Assembly (NCBI GenBank): GCA_002269645.1
Contig: NIVC01000815.1
Span: 172,080-236,079 of the forward strand
Length of the DNA stretch: 64,000 nt
From: Macrostomum lignano
Lineage: Eukaryota
Direction: 5' to 3'
The notes under the pieces are model-generated. The model was not told where the DNA came from and did no database searches. It saw nothing but the letters and a program-made list of their open reading frames with translations. Of the stretch, positions 13,005-25,244 are shown piece after piece (positions within the stretch are counted from its first letter, which is position 1; each line of letters begins with the position of its first letter). Position numbers and translations under genes: made by a program.

Positions 13005-14668
13005 TAGATTAACAATCCATTCTATTCTCTAATCAGTATTGACTAGATTAGCAATCCATTCTATTCTCTAATTAGTATTGACTAGATTAACAATCCATTC
13101 TATTCTCTAACTAGTATTGACTAGATTAGCAATCCATCATTCTATTCTCTAATCAGTATTGACTAGATTAGCAATCCATTCTATTCTCTAATCAGTATTG
13201 ACTAGATTAGCAATCCATCATTCTATTCTCTAATCAGTATTGACTAGATGACTAGATTAGCAATCCATCATTCTATTCTCTAATCAGTATTGACTAGATT
13301 AGCAATCCATTCTATTCTCTAATCAGTATTGACTAGATTAGCAATCCATTCTATTCTCTAATCAGTATTGACTAGATTAGCAATCCATCATTCTATTCTC
13401 TAATCAGTATTGACTAGATTAGCGATCCATTCTATTCTCTAATCAGTATTGACTAGATTAGCGATCCATTCTATTCTCTAATTAGTATTGACTAGATTAA
13501 CAATCCATTCTATTCTCTAATCAGTATTGACTAGATTAGCAATCCATTCTATTCTCTAATCAGTATTGACTAGATTAGCAATCCATTCTATTCTCTAATC
13601 AGTATTGACTAGATTAGCAATCCATCATTCTATTCTCTAATCAGTATTGACTAGATTAGCGATCCATTCTATTCTCTAATTAGTATTGACTAGATTAACA
13701 ATCCATTCTATTCTCTAATCAGTATTGACTAGATTAGCAATCCATTCTATTCTCTAATCAGTATTGACTAGATTAGCAATCCATCATTCTATTCTCTAAT
13801 CAGTATTGACTAGATTAGCAATCCATCATTCTATTCTCTAATCAGTATTGACTAGATTAGCGATCCATTCTATTCTCTAATTAGTATTGACTAGATTAAC
13901 AATCCATTCTATTCTCTAATCAGTATTGACTAGATTAGCAATCCATTCTATTCTCTAATCAGTATTGACTAGATTAGCAATCCATCATTCTATTCTCTAA
14001 TCAGTATTGACTAGATTAGCAATCCATCATTCTATTCTCTAATCAGTATTGACTAGATTAGCGATCCATTCTATTCTCTAATTAGTATTGACTAGATTAA
14101 CAATCCATTCTATTCTCTAATCAGTATTGACTAGATTAGCAATCCATTCTATTCTCTAATCAGTATTGACTAGATTAGCAATCCATCATTCTATTCTCTA
14201 ATCAGTATTGACTAGATTAGCGATCCATTCTATTCTCTAATTAGTATTGACTAGATTAACAATCCATTCTATTCTCTAATCAGTATTGACTAGATTAGCA
14301 ATCCATTCTATTCTCTAATCAGTATTGACTAGATTAGCGATCCATTCTATTCTCTAATTAGTATTGACTAGATTAGCAATCCATTCTATTCTCTAATCAG
14401 TATTGACTAGATTAGCAATCCATTCTATTCTCTAATCAGTATTGACTAGATTAACAATCCATTCTATTCTCTAATCAGTATTGACTAGATTAACAATCCA
14501 TTCTATTCTCTAACTAGTATTGACTAGATTAGCAATCCATTCTATTCTCTAATCAGTATTGGCTAGATTAGCAATCCATTCTATTCTCTAATCCGCATTG
14601 GCTAGATTAGCAATCCATTCTATTCTCTAATCCGCATTGGCTAGATTAGCAATCCATTCTATTCTAAT
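13005..14668. repeat. 39/42-bp minisatellite (GACTAGATTAGCAATCCATTCTATTCTCTAATCAGTATT) in ZFHX intron 4
   Basis: Direct inspection; variant units recur at about 200-bp spacing. Confidence 0.95.
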
Positions 14669-14745
14669 ACTTTATCCTTAATAGGCCCCGCCCGCCAGGT
14701 CACAGGAAGTAGTAGTCACAGGTAATAAAAAATGAATGCACTCAC

Positions 14746-14992
14746 GTGAAGTGCATCTGCAAGGTGTCCAGATCCGGGAAGTACTGGTTGCAGCCCTTGC
14801 GCCAGCACAGGTAACTAGGAGCCGCCTGGCCCTGCCTGTCCACCAGCAGCCTGTGGTGGCCGGCCTCTCGCTGATGGCGGAGCAGCTCCTCGAGGCTGGC
14901 GGCCGTTACGTGGCAGGCCTGACAGCGGAACTGCTGCTGCTCCTCGCCTGGCGACTCCGCAGTCGGCGGCAGCAGCAGGACGTCGGCTTCCG
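14746..14992 (-). CDS. zfh2: ZFHX-like gene, coding exon 4 (absent from the ORF track in this frame)
   Basis: Acceptor tattgcag|CG and donor TTC AC|gtgagt. Encodes FRCQACHVTAASLEELLRHQREAGH and YLCWRKGCNQYFPDLDTLQMHFT, which joins EIHAK in exon 5 to give the conserved ZFHX YLCWKKGCNQ...HF.E.HAK finger. Confidence 0.9.
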
Positions 14993-15446
14993 CTGCAATA
15001 AATACGAGCGTAGCAAATCATGATCGATCAGCTTTACCCGCGAAATCCGGGATTCGAACCCGGGACCTTTGTTACGATGGACCTAATGTTTCTTTTTCAT
15101 TGGTGTCAGGGGGCTGCGTGCACTCTGGCGCACGACATTGTCACACAACCGGCGAGAGGTATTACTGTGATGCTCATTCCGCCGACTCCCCTGAGCAGGC
15201 ACACACACAGGAGTGTACAGCGGCCCTAACTTTATTTATATTTATGGCATGTACACTTCACTGCGCCTTGGGGGCTGGTCATCAAGGCCGTTAATTGCAC
15301 GAGCAGACCCTAGCTGAGATTCCAATTTAGCCCCAGATTAATGTGACTGCACTTGGAATCGAGCCTGGGCCGCTGGCACACCGGAGCACGCCCTAAATGA
15401 CGCACCTATATTTTTTTGGTCAAAAATGCCTGGCACTGGCACTCAC

Positions 15447-15896
15447 CGCAGCTGGGGTCGCACGTGATCACAAAATCGGTTTCGTCAGCAGCGGCCTCTT
15501 CATCAGCTTCAGCCGATGATGCCAGGGGCAGCTCCGGCTGCTCCTCTTCGACTGGACCCGTCACGTCAACGATGTCCTCGTCGACCTCGGTGCCCTCCGC
15601 CTGCTCATCCTCCTTGCTGGCAGCCGGAGGCGTCGCCCGCTGCTGCCGCTGCCGCCGCCGGCCGCCGGCCTCCTCCACGGCCGTGTCGGCCATTTCGATG
15701 AATCTCTCCAGCTGCTCATCGGAGACAGAGTGGGCGCTGCGCAGGTGGCTACGAAGGGCGTTGAACTTGGTGCTGGAGTCGCCTTCGGCCGAGCAGCCGC
15801 AGCGGCAGCACGGGCACAGGTACACCAGCTTGGACCTGGCAGCTGAGTAACGCATTGTTGAGCTGGGATCAGCGGCGCCGCTGCTGCTACTGCTGT
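15447..15896 (-). CDS. zfh2: ZFHX-like gene, coding exon 3
   Basis: Acceptor ccctgtattgcag|AC and donor TGC G|gtgagt (phase 1/1). Encodes YLCPCC...LRSHLRSAHSVSDEQLERFIEM, a zinc finger followed by an acidic linker. Confidence 0.85.
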
Positions 15897-16849
15897 CTGC
15901 AATACAGGGGGGGGGGTTCGAACCTGCGTCGTGCACACGGACAAGACATTCTGTTAGCTAGAAAATAGAAAAATTCTAGCTCGATAGATTACAGTAAATT
16001 AGATATAAACAGGCTTTCTTTGGAAGAATAGAAAATTTTAAATTAGAAACGTAGAAGACATTAGTACCAGCAAAGAGATCTAGCACAGCACAGGTGCATA
16101 CTCGTACAAAAGTGCACAGAGTGAATTTGATCTGGAATTTAAAGCTCCAGCATTTTTCATAATTCAAGTTTTTTGCCTTGTCCAGTGCGCCACAATGCCA
16201 ATCACTTGAGCCTGCGGCGGGTCTGTAACCATGGACGCCACAAACATAACTGCCGAACATAACACTATAATAACCTAAAACCTGTTCTAAAACCTAATTC
16301 CCTACGCACTAACCCTAAAAATCTAACCTAACCCTAGCTATAAACCCGACATAAACCCGGAAACAAATCTAACTTAAATCCTATCCTAAACCCTTAATCT
16401 AAGCCCTAAATCATAAATCCTAAACTCTGACCTAACTTTAAACCTAACCTACTTCATAGATCGTAGGCAGTCCAATTATCTTGCCCCGGTCCTTTCACAG
16501 CTCTCACTTGGCAGTTGAAATGCTAATTTGTACAGTGAGACAGGCACTACGATTGGCGTATAGTTAAAGTACAGATAGACACACAGGTAGAAGAGTCACA
16601 CTTGCACGTGTGCTAAATAAAGCGGTAAAACTTATAGTCAGAGATAGGCTATTAAAGACTTAAGATGATATAGACAAATATATAACAGATTGACTGGTAG
16701 ATTGGTTGGACATTTACTCGACTGCTCAATCTGGTTGAGTTCATAATTCCAACACTGATGCGGACTGCAAGGAGACTGCAAGTTGTTCGAGTTTCAGTAT
16801 TAATTAATTTATTATTATTGGAATCAACGGTAATAGCCAGGATTGCTAT

Positions 16850-17265
16850 TGGGGGCGAGGGGCGCCAAGGGGCGCCAGCACCAAGGGGCGCCAGCACAAA
16901 GGGGCGCCAGCACCAAGGGGCGCCAGCACCAAGGGGCGCCAGCACCAAGGGGCGCCAGCACCAAGGGGCGCCAGCACCAAGGGGCGCCAGCACCAAGGGG
17001 CACCAGCACCAAGGGCCGCCAGCACCAAGGGGCACCAGCACCAAGGGCCACCAGCACCAAGGGGCGCCAGCACCAAGGGGCGCCAGCACCAAGGGGCGCC
17101 AGCGCCAAGGGGCGCCAGCACCAAGGGGCGCCAGCACCAAGGGGCACCAGCACCAAGGGGCGCCAGCACCAAGGGGCACCAGCACCAAGGGCCACCAGCA
17201 CCAAGGGGCGCCAGCACCAAGGGGCGTCAGCGCCAAGGGGCGACAGCGCCAAGAGGCGCCAAAGA
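16850..17265. repeat. 16-bp minisatellite (GGGGCGCCAGCACCAA), about 26 copies
   Basis: Direct inspection. Confidence 0.93.
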
Positions 17266-18884
17266 ACACATCAAAGTAGTTGTTGGGGGGTTTGAAAAAT
17301 TGGGAACTGCGGATGGGGCGATATGGGGCGCCCCTGGTTTTGGCAACACTGCAGAGCTTTGAAAAGGACTCACCAGGAAATACCGGCAAAATGCTACGCC
17401 TCGCAATCAGGGGAAAAAGCCCTGGCAACTAACGAAGATTTCTGAGATGAAGATATAAATATACGCGGCTCTGTAGTTCGCGCTGTTTATCTTGGAGCGG
17501 CGAAAAACCCCTCAGAGTGGCCGGTCCGGTGGATTAAAAAACTGAATGAATGAATTGAATCTGGAGTTTTGAATTGTGTAGAGGAGGCTGGGATGGCGGG
17601 GGGGGGGCGGCTAGAGAAATAAAGGAGTTGCGGGTCAGCCAGCTATTATTTTCCATGAATAGAATGGGATCAGCCAATGCGATGCTCTCCCTCCCTCTCT
17701 CTAATGGAAAGATTAGGCAACCCCCTCCCCCTTAAAAGCGGGATTTATTAAGACTGCAGACTCAAGTTGAAAACGGACGAGATCGGGAAGAAAAGGCGCA
17801 ACGTTGGGATTAAAATGAGAGAGAGAGATTGAGGAATAAAATAGAGAGAGGCGGGAGGGAGAAAGAAAAGGGGGGTTGCAGCGTCTTGCTTTCACATGCA
17901 GATTTTCTGGGGATGGGTGGTTGGGCTGGCGGGTCCCAATGGGAGTCTTGGAGCTGGGGTTTGAGCAGATGAAGCTCATATAGAGGCGATAGGGGTGGGG
18001 ACAGAGGTCCCTCTCTCTCTCCCGGCACACACAGACTCACGAAACTCTTGCAAGCCAGAGCAGCGCGAGAAGGCAACTGTCCCAACTTTATTATTAGCGA
18101 GACCAATTAGACAATGGCTGGGTGTGGGGGGGGGGCGCTCCGTCACACAGTCAGCTACCGTAAACTGGGCAAGGATGATGGAAGCCGATGCTGACTGAAG
18201 GAAGAAGAAAAGAAGGAAGGCCTGCGGGAGGAAGCAGCGGCAGAAGCCACCCCCTCCCCATCCCCGGAGCAGATCCTCAAGGAGTTTTAATCACAGCCCG
18301 GGCAATCGTCAATTGCCAAGTCTCAGAGCCCGGGGCGGGGGCCCCAAACAATGAGCAGGCTTTTGAGCTGGTCAGGAAGTGCATTTGTGCTGGGTGCTCT
18401 ATCACGAGACAAAGCAGGGGGCTAAGGAATGGGTCTCCATTCTCTTGCAGCACCGGATGCGAGAGCGCGGGCTGCGGGGGAAGCCGAGGCTGCGGGACCC
18501 CATGGGAAACATTGTTTCGTGCTCAAAACTCCCGCTAAGGACCCGGGCAGGTAGGTGTGAGTGGAGCACGCAGATTCTTTCTGGCTGTTCTCTCTTTCTT
18601 CAAATCTTCTTCTTCACTTGCTCCGAGGGGAAGACTGGGAGGAAGAAGAAGAAGCAGAGGGGATGAAAAATCAGGCCAGCCAAGGGCCTGGGATGGCCGG
18701 AGCAGCCGGTTGCCCCAAGCCCGGTAGGTAACTGAGGCAGGTGTTGTGCCAGCGGCTTTATTTTTTTCAGGGCTTAAAGCAGCAGCAGCAAAAATAGCTG
18801 CAATGTTGCAAGCAGTTGCAAAGTTCTTGCTTTTACACAAAGTCATCTACCGTTGTTGGGCAGTTTCTGAGATTTGGAATCAAG

Positions 18885-19410
18885 TACTAGAGTAGTCTGC
18901 CTACCACACTGAGGTGGAGCTACTAGGGTAGCCTGTCTACCACACTGAGGAACCTGCCGATCACACTGAGGTAGAGGGCTACTAGGGTAGCCTGCCTACC
19001 ACACTGAGGAGCCTGCCTACCACACTGAGGTAGAGGGATACTAGGGTAGCCTACCACACAGAGCTAGGTAGAGGGCTACTAGGGTAGCCTGTCTACCACA
19101 CTGAGGTAGAGGGTTACTAGGGTAGCCTACCACACAGAGCTAGGTAGAGGGTTACTAGGGTACTCGTAGCCTACCACACAGAGCTAGGTAGAGGGTTACT
19201 AGGGTACTCGTAGCCTACCACACAGAGCTAGGTAGAGGGTTACTAGGGTACTCGTAGCCTACCACACAGAGCTAGGTAGAGGGTTACTAGGGTAGCCTAC
19301 CACACAGAGCTAGGTAGAGGGTTACTAGGGTAGCCTACCACACAGAGCTAGGTAGAGGGTTACTAGGGTAGCCTACCACACAGAGCTAGGTAGAGGGTTA
19401 CTAGGGTAGC
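18885..19410. repeat. About 38-bp variable minisatellite (CTAGGGTAGCCTACCACACAGAGCTAGGTAGAGGGTTA)
   Basis: Direct inspection. Confidence 0.9.
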
Positions 19411-20429
19411 CACTAGGATAGTGCATCATTCCGTGTACTAGCTTGCCAAGTGTCAATGATATATACTACCCTATAATTTTTAATTATATATTTCAGGCGC
19501 ATTACTAACAGTAGTCGCATCAGGCATAAAAAACCGTTGTCCAAAACCTCTATGGACTCAATGGCTAATGGCTAAATATGGCTAAATATGCAGGTATATT
19601 GCCGAAATTCGAGCACTAGCTCGTAACAGCCTCGCTTGAACAATGAATGATGAATAAATAATGCAAAATTTCGGATTGAAAGAGAATCTAGAAAAAGATT
19701 GACAAGCATTCATGCATATAAAACAACGCTAAACAAACAAATGACTCGATTGGTTGGTTCGATTTCCACTTCAAATAGACATGACGGCCCACTCGATCAG
19801 TGTCTCAGTTGTCAAGGGCACGGGAGCAGCCTCGATGAAGAGGTTTTTCCTATCAAATGGAGCCCACTGTTGAGCCAGTGAAATGGCCTATAAGCCGGTC
19901 CTGGAACAATGACGCTCGGATGCGATCGATAAAAAGTCTAAACAATATCGGCGGGAATCGAGGAAGCTCAATTGAGTAGTTTTATTCCGGCTGTCTGAAC
20001 TCCTGACCCTATAGCGCTTTCCGGGAAACACAAGTCCATACAGGGCTCGGTTACGTGAGCAGGCAGGCGTGCGAATGGGAAACCTTTATAGGGCTTGCCT
20101 AGGGGGTTGGGGGCAAAAGGTGAATTTCAGAAGCTCTTCGGGGCAGATCAAGATTATGAAAACTCAGCGAGCCGTGCACATTTTGTAAGTAGGCTATGAG
20201 TGTCTGAATCCACTTTGGCAACTGAGTCACACAGAAGCTTTTCAAACTTTATTTGTAAGTCGCTTATTGAACCCGAAAATCCTTGCTATAAATCAATTTA
20301 ACTATAAAGTCTAAGCCGATCGTTCCAACTTTTATCAATTATCACTGAAGCGGCAATACCTTAAATATCTCTGCAAAATAACCAAATGTAGTGCGAGTAC
20401 AAACAGTCTCTGAAGGACAGGAAATCGCA

Positions 20430-20716
20430 AGGATCGGGGCTAAAGGGCAGCACCAGGTCCTGAAGGATCAGGGCAAGAGGGCAGCACCAGGTCCTGAAGG
20501 ATCAGGGCAAGAGGGCAGCACCAGTCCTGAAGGATCAGGGCAAGAGGGCAGCACCAGGTCCTGAAGGATCAGGGCAAGAAGGCAGCACCAGTCCTGAAGG
20601 ATCAGGGCAAGAGGGCAGCACCAGTCCTGAAGGATCAGGGCAAGAGGGCAGCACCAGTCCTGAAGGATCGGGGCAAGAGGGCAGCACCAGTCCTGAAGGA
20701 TCAGGGCAAGAGGGCG
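20430..20716. repeat. 33/34-bp minisatellite (GGATCAGGGCAAGAGGGCAGCACCAGTCCTGAA), about 8 copies
   Basis: Direct inspection. Confidence 0.92.
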
Positions 20717-21535
20717 TTGCTATTCACAATACACGGTAGTTTATTGTAAATTGTGTATTAATTTGTGTATTATAAGTGTAATATTGTTTATTGTGTATTT
20801 ACAATACACGGCAGTTTAGTCATTAACCGGCGTCTTTCGCCATTTTTGCTATCACTACGAGACGGTAATATTTTGTATTTTCTATTCTTACAGTAAGCTG
20901 TACTACTTAACCTGTGCTGTGACTCCTTCTGTCTCTTCTGTCTCTCGTTACTGCATGCTTCTTTTTCTATAGCGCCATCTTCTATCATTTTGACAAGAAG
21001 ATTTTGTAAACAAGCTGCAGCCTGCCCTGATAGTCGGGATTCTGGATTCTGGAAAAGATAAATAAGAAATTATTCTTTTCTTAAACCTTGCTCTGTCTCT
21101 GTGTGTCTCTACCCAGTGTGTAGCAGGGTTCTTTTAAGTTTTTTACAGCCAACAGTGTCCGCCTTACATTGTCTCAAACTGTATCCAGCATTGTCTCAGT
21201 CTGGGGGCAGCTCAGAGAGGCGGGTAAGGCAGCCATCTCACTCGGTTTACTCATAGCTGTGTATAATTAAGATTGTAGAAGTTTAGCAAAAGAGAAATGA
21301 ATGAGCAGTTGAGTTAGTGGCGCTTGGTAAAGCTGTGCTATAGTTTTTGTCATTTTTTCTCTGGATGCTTTTTGCATAGTAATTGTAGAATTTCACACTT
21401 AGCAACTGCTCGTGGCTATGCGTACGATTTCAACTAATACTATTATAGGGCACCGAATGAGGTATGAATATGATCAACTACCTTACAAGTAGTCACGTGT
21501 TCGAATGAGTTTATAGTAAGCTAATTTATTGCACT

Positions 21536-21828
21536 GGGGTGGCACTGTTGTGAGGTGGCACTGTTGTGAGGTGGCACTGTTGTGAGGTGGCACTGTTGTG
21601 AGGTGGCACTGTTGTGAGGTGGCACTGTTGTGAGGTGGCACTGTTGTGAGGTGGCACTGTTGTGAGGTGGCATTGTTGTGAGGTGGCACTGTTGTGAGGT
21701 GGCACTGTTGTGGGGTGGCACTGTTGTGAGGTGGCACTGTTGTGAGGTGGCACTGTTGTGGGGTGGCACTGTTGTGAGGTGGCACTGTTGTGGGGTGGCA
21801 CTGTTGTGAGGTGGCACTGTTGTGGGTG
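21536..21828. repeat. 16-bp minisatellite (GGTGGCACTGTTGTGA), about 18 copies
   Basis: Direct inspection. Confidence 0.93.
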
Positions 21829-21937
21829 ACACTCATATCGCTCATAGACAGTTGAATTGTGTAAGAACTGCAGCTGTTACAGACTTGAAGTGAATGAACA
21901 AAAGCCGAGCAAGGCAAAGCAAAGCGCCGGTGCTCAC

Positions 21938-22061
21938 CACCCGTATCAGTAGGCAGGCTGTTGGCAAACCCAGTCGCCGCAGATGCTGCAGAGGCGGGCA
22001 GCACGGAGGCCAGCTTGTTGGGATCGGTGAGCAAGCCGCCGCCCTTCTGCTGCAGTTTGTG
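21938..22061 (-). CDS. zfh2: ZFHX-like gene, coding exon 2
   Basis: Acceptor ctaactttgcag|CAC and donor GGT G|gtgagc. Encodes HKLQQKGGGLLTDPNKLASVL...; its phase 0 to phase 1 ends bridge exon 1 and exon 3 exactly. Confidence 0.75.
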
Positions 22062-23590
22062 CTGCAAAGTTAGAAATTCGGTGAGTTCAGTGAATTACAC
22101 TAAGGCTGGGTCTGGGTTCCTCAGGCAGTCTCATTGATATAAATAGTCTCAAGCCTTCCGTATATTTATGCTATAAATAATGCAGCCCAGGCCCCTCGAG
22201 TCCGCTCGTGGCGGCGGTCACAGTGAGGGGTTTGAAGTTGTTTCATCGAAACAATATTCGGAATTTTTTGTTGGAACAAATGGCTGAGTCAGACCTCTAA
22301 AGGGCTAGTTTAGAATTTTATAATATAAAGCGAAAAAACACCGTATTGACGTCCCCAGACAGACAACCACAGCTGTGCACTCGATGCACATCTGTACCTC
22401 TCTCCCCAAATTTACTAAATGCATATAAGATATAGCACTAGTATTGCTTACACCGAGTCTAAAAGGAAGTCAAGGTGGAACAACGGGGGTTTACAAGCCA
22501 GGGAATCCTAAAGACCTGGAAGTGACACTGCAATATTCAGGCCCTCCAGGCCGGTCCAACCCAGGCCGATAACTTTTTTGGGAGAGAGGACAAAGAGGAA
22601 AAACATTTTCTTGCAGGGGCTAGTAAAGCGACTCGAAAAAGGGAGGAACGAAGGATAGAGAAGGGGTTGAGTGGACTGAGAGGATAGAGAGTGCAGAGAA
22701 AATCACTGTCCAAATAAAGACTGATTCTTTCCGACTCCTAAACTGTTTTCTGAAAAACCTTTCTTCTGAAGCTAACCGCCCATCCGTTGTAGGCAAACGG
22801 AAATCGGGAGAACAGAAGAGAACTGAGGACTGCTCTCGCAAACTGGCCAAATTGAATCCTTAGTACTCGTAATAGTATATTTTTATAAGCTTCATTGTTT
22901 TGACGATTCCGAGTTACTGCTAATTATTTTATTTACGAGTAAGCTCCCAGTTTATCCTGATGCATAATTACTGCCTTTCTGATGTCCGATGATCCTTCAA
23001 CCCTGGTAAGTTTGATTAAAACCCTTTTTATGTTTATATAGCCTATGGTTTACCAGTTTTATGCATAATTGTTTCTTATAAAAGGCCTCATGAAACTTTC
23101 GTTTATTTCGTTACAATAAGGACTTTAAAAAATTCAGGGGATATGACTTTTCAGCGCTGTATCATCGAGTTGATACTGAAAACCCTATAGAAAATGGCAT
23201 GGGCTGCCTTGTTTGGTTAGGTAGGATCGGCCTGAGTTGGACCGCCCCCATTGGACAGTGTCACTTCCAGGTCTTTAGGATTCCCTGTACAAGCCCTAGA
23301 TTTAACTCGTTCACAAACTCGAATACTTCTCTTCTCAAGCTCAAAGTGCCACAAACTCGAATACTTCTCTTCTCAAGCTCAAAGTGCCACAAACTCGAAT
23401 ACTTCTCGAGAATTGTCTTGCCCTCTTAGTAGAATTACTCGGCAAACTGCTCAGCTGAGATGCAGCAGCTTCATTCAAAATACATTTGGCTTTTAATTCT
23501 CGAATCAAATCTTTCGTAGACTTGGCTCTTTGTTTAATTCGCCTTATGCTTTGAGCGGAGAGATCGAATTTTGCGGTACTTGTTCTGGAG

Positions 23591-24090
23591 CAGGGGTTGG
23601 CAAACTCTTTGTCTCAAGGGCCAGATGGAGAACCTAGCGCGTGACTGCGGGCCAGAGGAGGAGAGAGAGGAAGAGGAGAGGAGAGGAGAGGAGAGGAGAG
23701 GAGAGGAGAGGAGAGGAGAGGAGAGGAGAGGAAAAGAAAGACCGGAGAGGAGAGGAGAGGAGAGGAAAAGAAAGACCGGAGAGGAGAGGAGAGGAGAGGA
23801 GAGGAAAAGAAAGACCGGAGAGGAGAGGAGAGGAGAGGAAAGGAGAGGAGAAGAGAGGAGAGGAAAAGAAAGACCAGAGAGGAGAGGAGAGAGAGAGGAG
23901 AGAGGCGAGGAGAGAAGAGAGAGGAGAGGGGAGGAAAGGAGAGAGGATAAGAAAGATGAGGAGAGAGGAGATTAGAGAAGATAGCTGAAAAGAGACAAGC
24001 CTGGAGCGGGCCGAATTGCAATTGTGAAGTTTCAAAGGACCCGATGACCGGACAGAGAGGCTTGGTGGGCCGATCTGGACTCTAGAGCAA
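23591..24090 (+). mobile_element. hAT-type MITE fragment with internal (GAGAG)n tract
   Basis: Starts CAGGGGTTGGCAAAC (hAT/Charlie-like TIR). The flanks on both sides of the GA tract match the reverse-oriented copy at 35748-35910. The right TIR is not found. Confidence 0.55.
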
Positions 24091-24145
24091 ACGTACTAGG
24101 ATTTCATTAGCCTAGCTGCACTTTTCTTGGGCCGGCAATGAGCAG

Positions 24146-24643
24146 CTAGAAGCCTACTGTATCTGCGCTTGAGATCTTCACCTTATCGAAGCAGTTAGCA
24201 TGGAGGTCCGGTCTTGGATGCTCATCTTTTTCACTGCCAGCCACAGGGGCTTCAATTTCGCGAGCTGCGGCCGCGGTGGCAGTCTTTCGTTTCTTTTCAG
24301 CTTTCGGCTGCAGATGGTCAGGGAACGCCGGGAAGATGGAAGGAACGGCGTTCGGATACAGGCGTCTTCTGACGGTAGGCAGAAAGCCTGCGAACTGCTC
24401 CTTGAAGCAGGATTGCTCAAAATGAATCGAGCAGAGCTGCGTGGATGGCGATGGCTCGAAGTTTTTTCGTCTCAGCGCTACCAACCACCTGTTCCTGAGC
24501 TGCTTGTCCTTTGGAAAAGTATGGAAGGACACTCCGGGCAGAGACATTGCTGCGTTGTTTGAGCAGCCAAAAGCGCAGCAAAAGCTGCCGTGATTTCCTC
24601 TTATTTTTCTCGGCAATTTGGAAGATTCCGATTGTTGTTCCAT
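24146..24643 (-). CDS. THAP zinc-finger domain protein nested in ZFHX intron 1 (same strand)
   Basis: CCAFGC...FHTFP...W......R......LCSIHF...CF...AVPSIF gives the full C2CH THAP signature and AVPTIF box, followed by a basic KKRK segment. No transposase catalytic domain is seen nearby. Confidence 0.85.
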   Translation of the reverse strand: MEQQSESSKLPRKIRGNHGSFCCAFGCSNNAAMSLPGVSFHTFPKDKQLRNRWLVALRRKNFEPSPSTQLCSIHFEQSCFKEQFAGFLPTVRRRLYPNAVPSIFPAFPDHLQPKAEKKRKTATAAAAREIEAPVAGSEKDEHPRPDLHANCFDKVKISSADTVGF

Positions 24644-25244
24644 TTCGTTTTGAATAAGTTTGCTTAGCTGTGTAAAATTAGTTGGCCTTGCTATTCATAC
24701 TTCGGTCCCCAGGCCGTATTAATATGCATGCTGGTTTAAAATGGGGCAGACGGCTGGCCTCCGCAGGCCCCAAATATCGATCGTTTTTGGATGCGGTTCA
24801 CGCGGGGAGAGGACCATTTTTGCTTTGTCATTTTGTCAACAAACGAGCCCAGACAAGCAATGTTGGATGCATGCAACAGTCAAGTTTATCTGGTCTATCT
24901 GTGACCGTGTCTGTCTGGAACAAAGATCTATGGGCTCTACTAAGACCTAAAAAATCTTATTTATAGTTATGATGCTATTTTTAGAATTTGCGGCAATAAA
25001 TCATCCGCAATTTTCTTTTGTGGCTTTGCAGGTTCGAAGCGTCGAGATTCTGTGGGAATTGGGGAGCTCAAATGACAACTACGGCCAGGCAGGGAATACT
25101 TTACATAGAGTAGAGTATTCCCTGGGCCAGGTGTTCGAGATTTGGCCGAAAAAACTGAGCAATAAAGAAGCTCACTACTTAATAGAAAATTTAGAGACGG
25201 AATAGCTTCCATTGATGTAATATTATCCTATACATCCCTTTTCG

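Noticed and set aside
7457-14668. CRISPR-like regular 31-39 bp repeats
   Set aside because: Units are head-to-tail with no unique spacers, there are no cas genes, and the context is eukaryotic.
15047-15067. Perfect tRNA T-arm (GGTCCCGGGTTCGAATCCCGG on the minus strand)
   Set aside because: No A-box, D-arm or acceptor stem upstream; at most a SINE or tRNA fragment.
15480-15506. CTGATGA...GAAA hammerhead-like core on the minus strand
   Set aside because: It lies in ZFHX exon 3 and arises from Asp/Glu codons; no stem II or stem III can form.
16834-17351. MITE bracketing the 16-bp array (TTTGGCAACACTG as right TIR)
   Set aside because: The left end is only a partial match and no 8-bp target-site duplication is present.
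22600-24146. P-element transposase continuing from the THAP ORF
   Set aside because: No downstream ORF with transposase-like motifs and no terminal inverted repeats were found.
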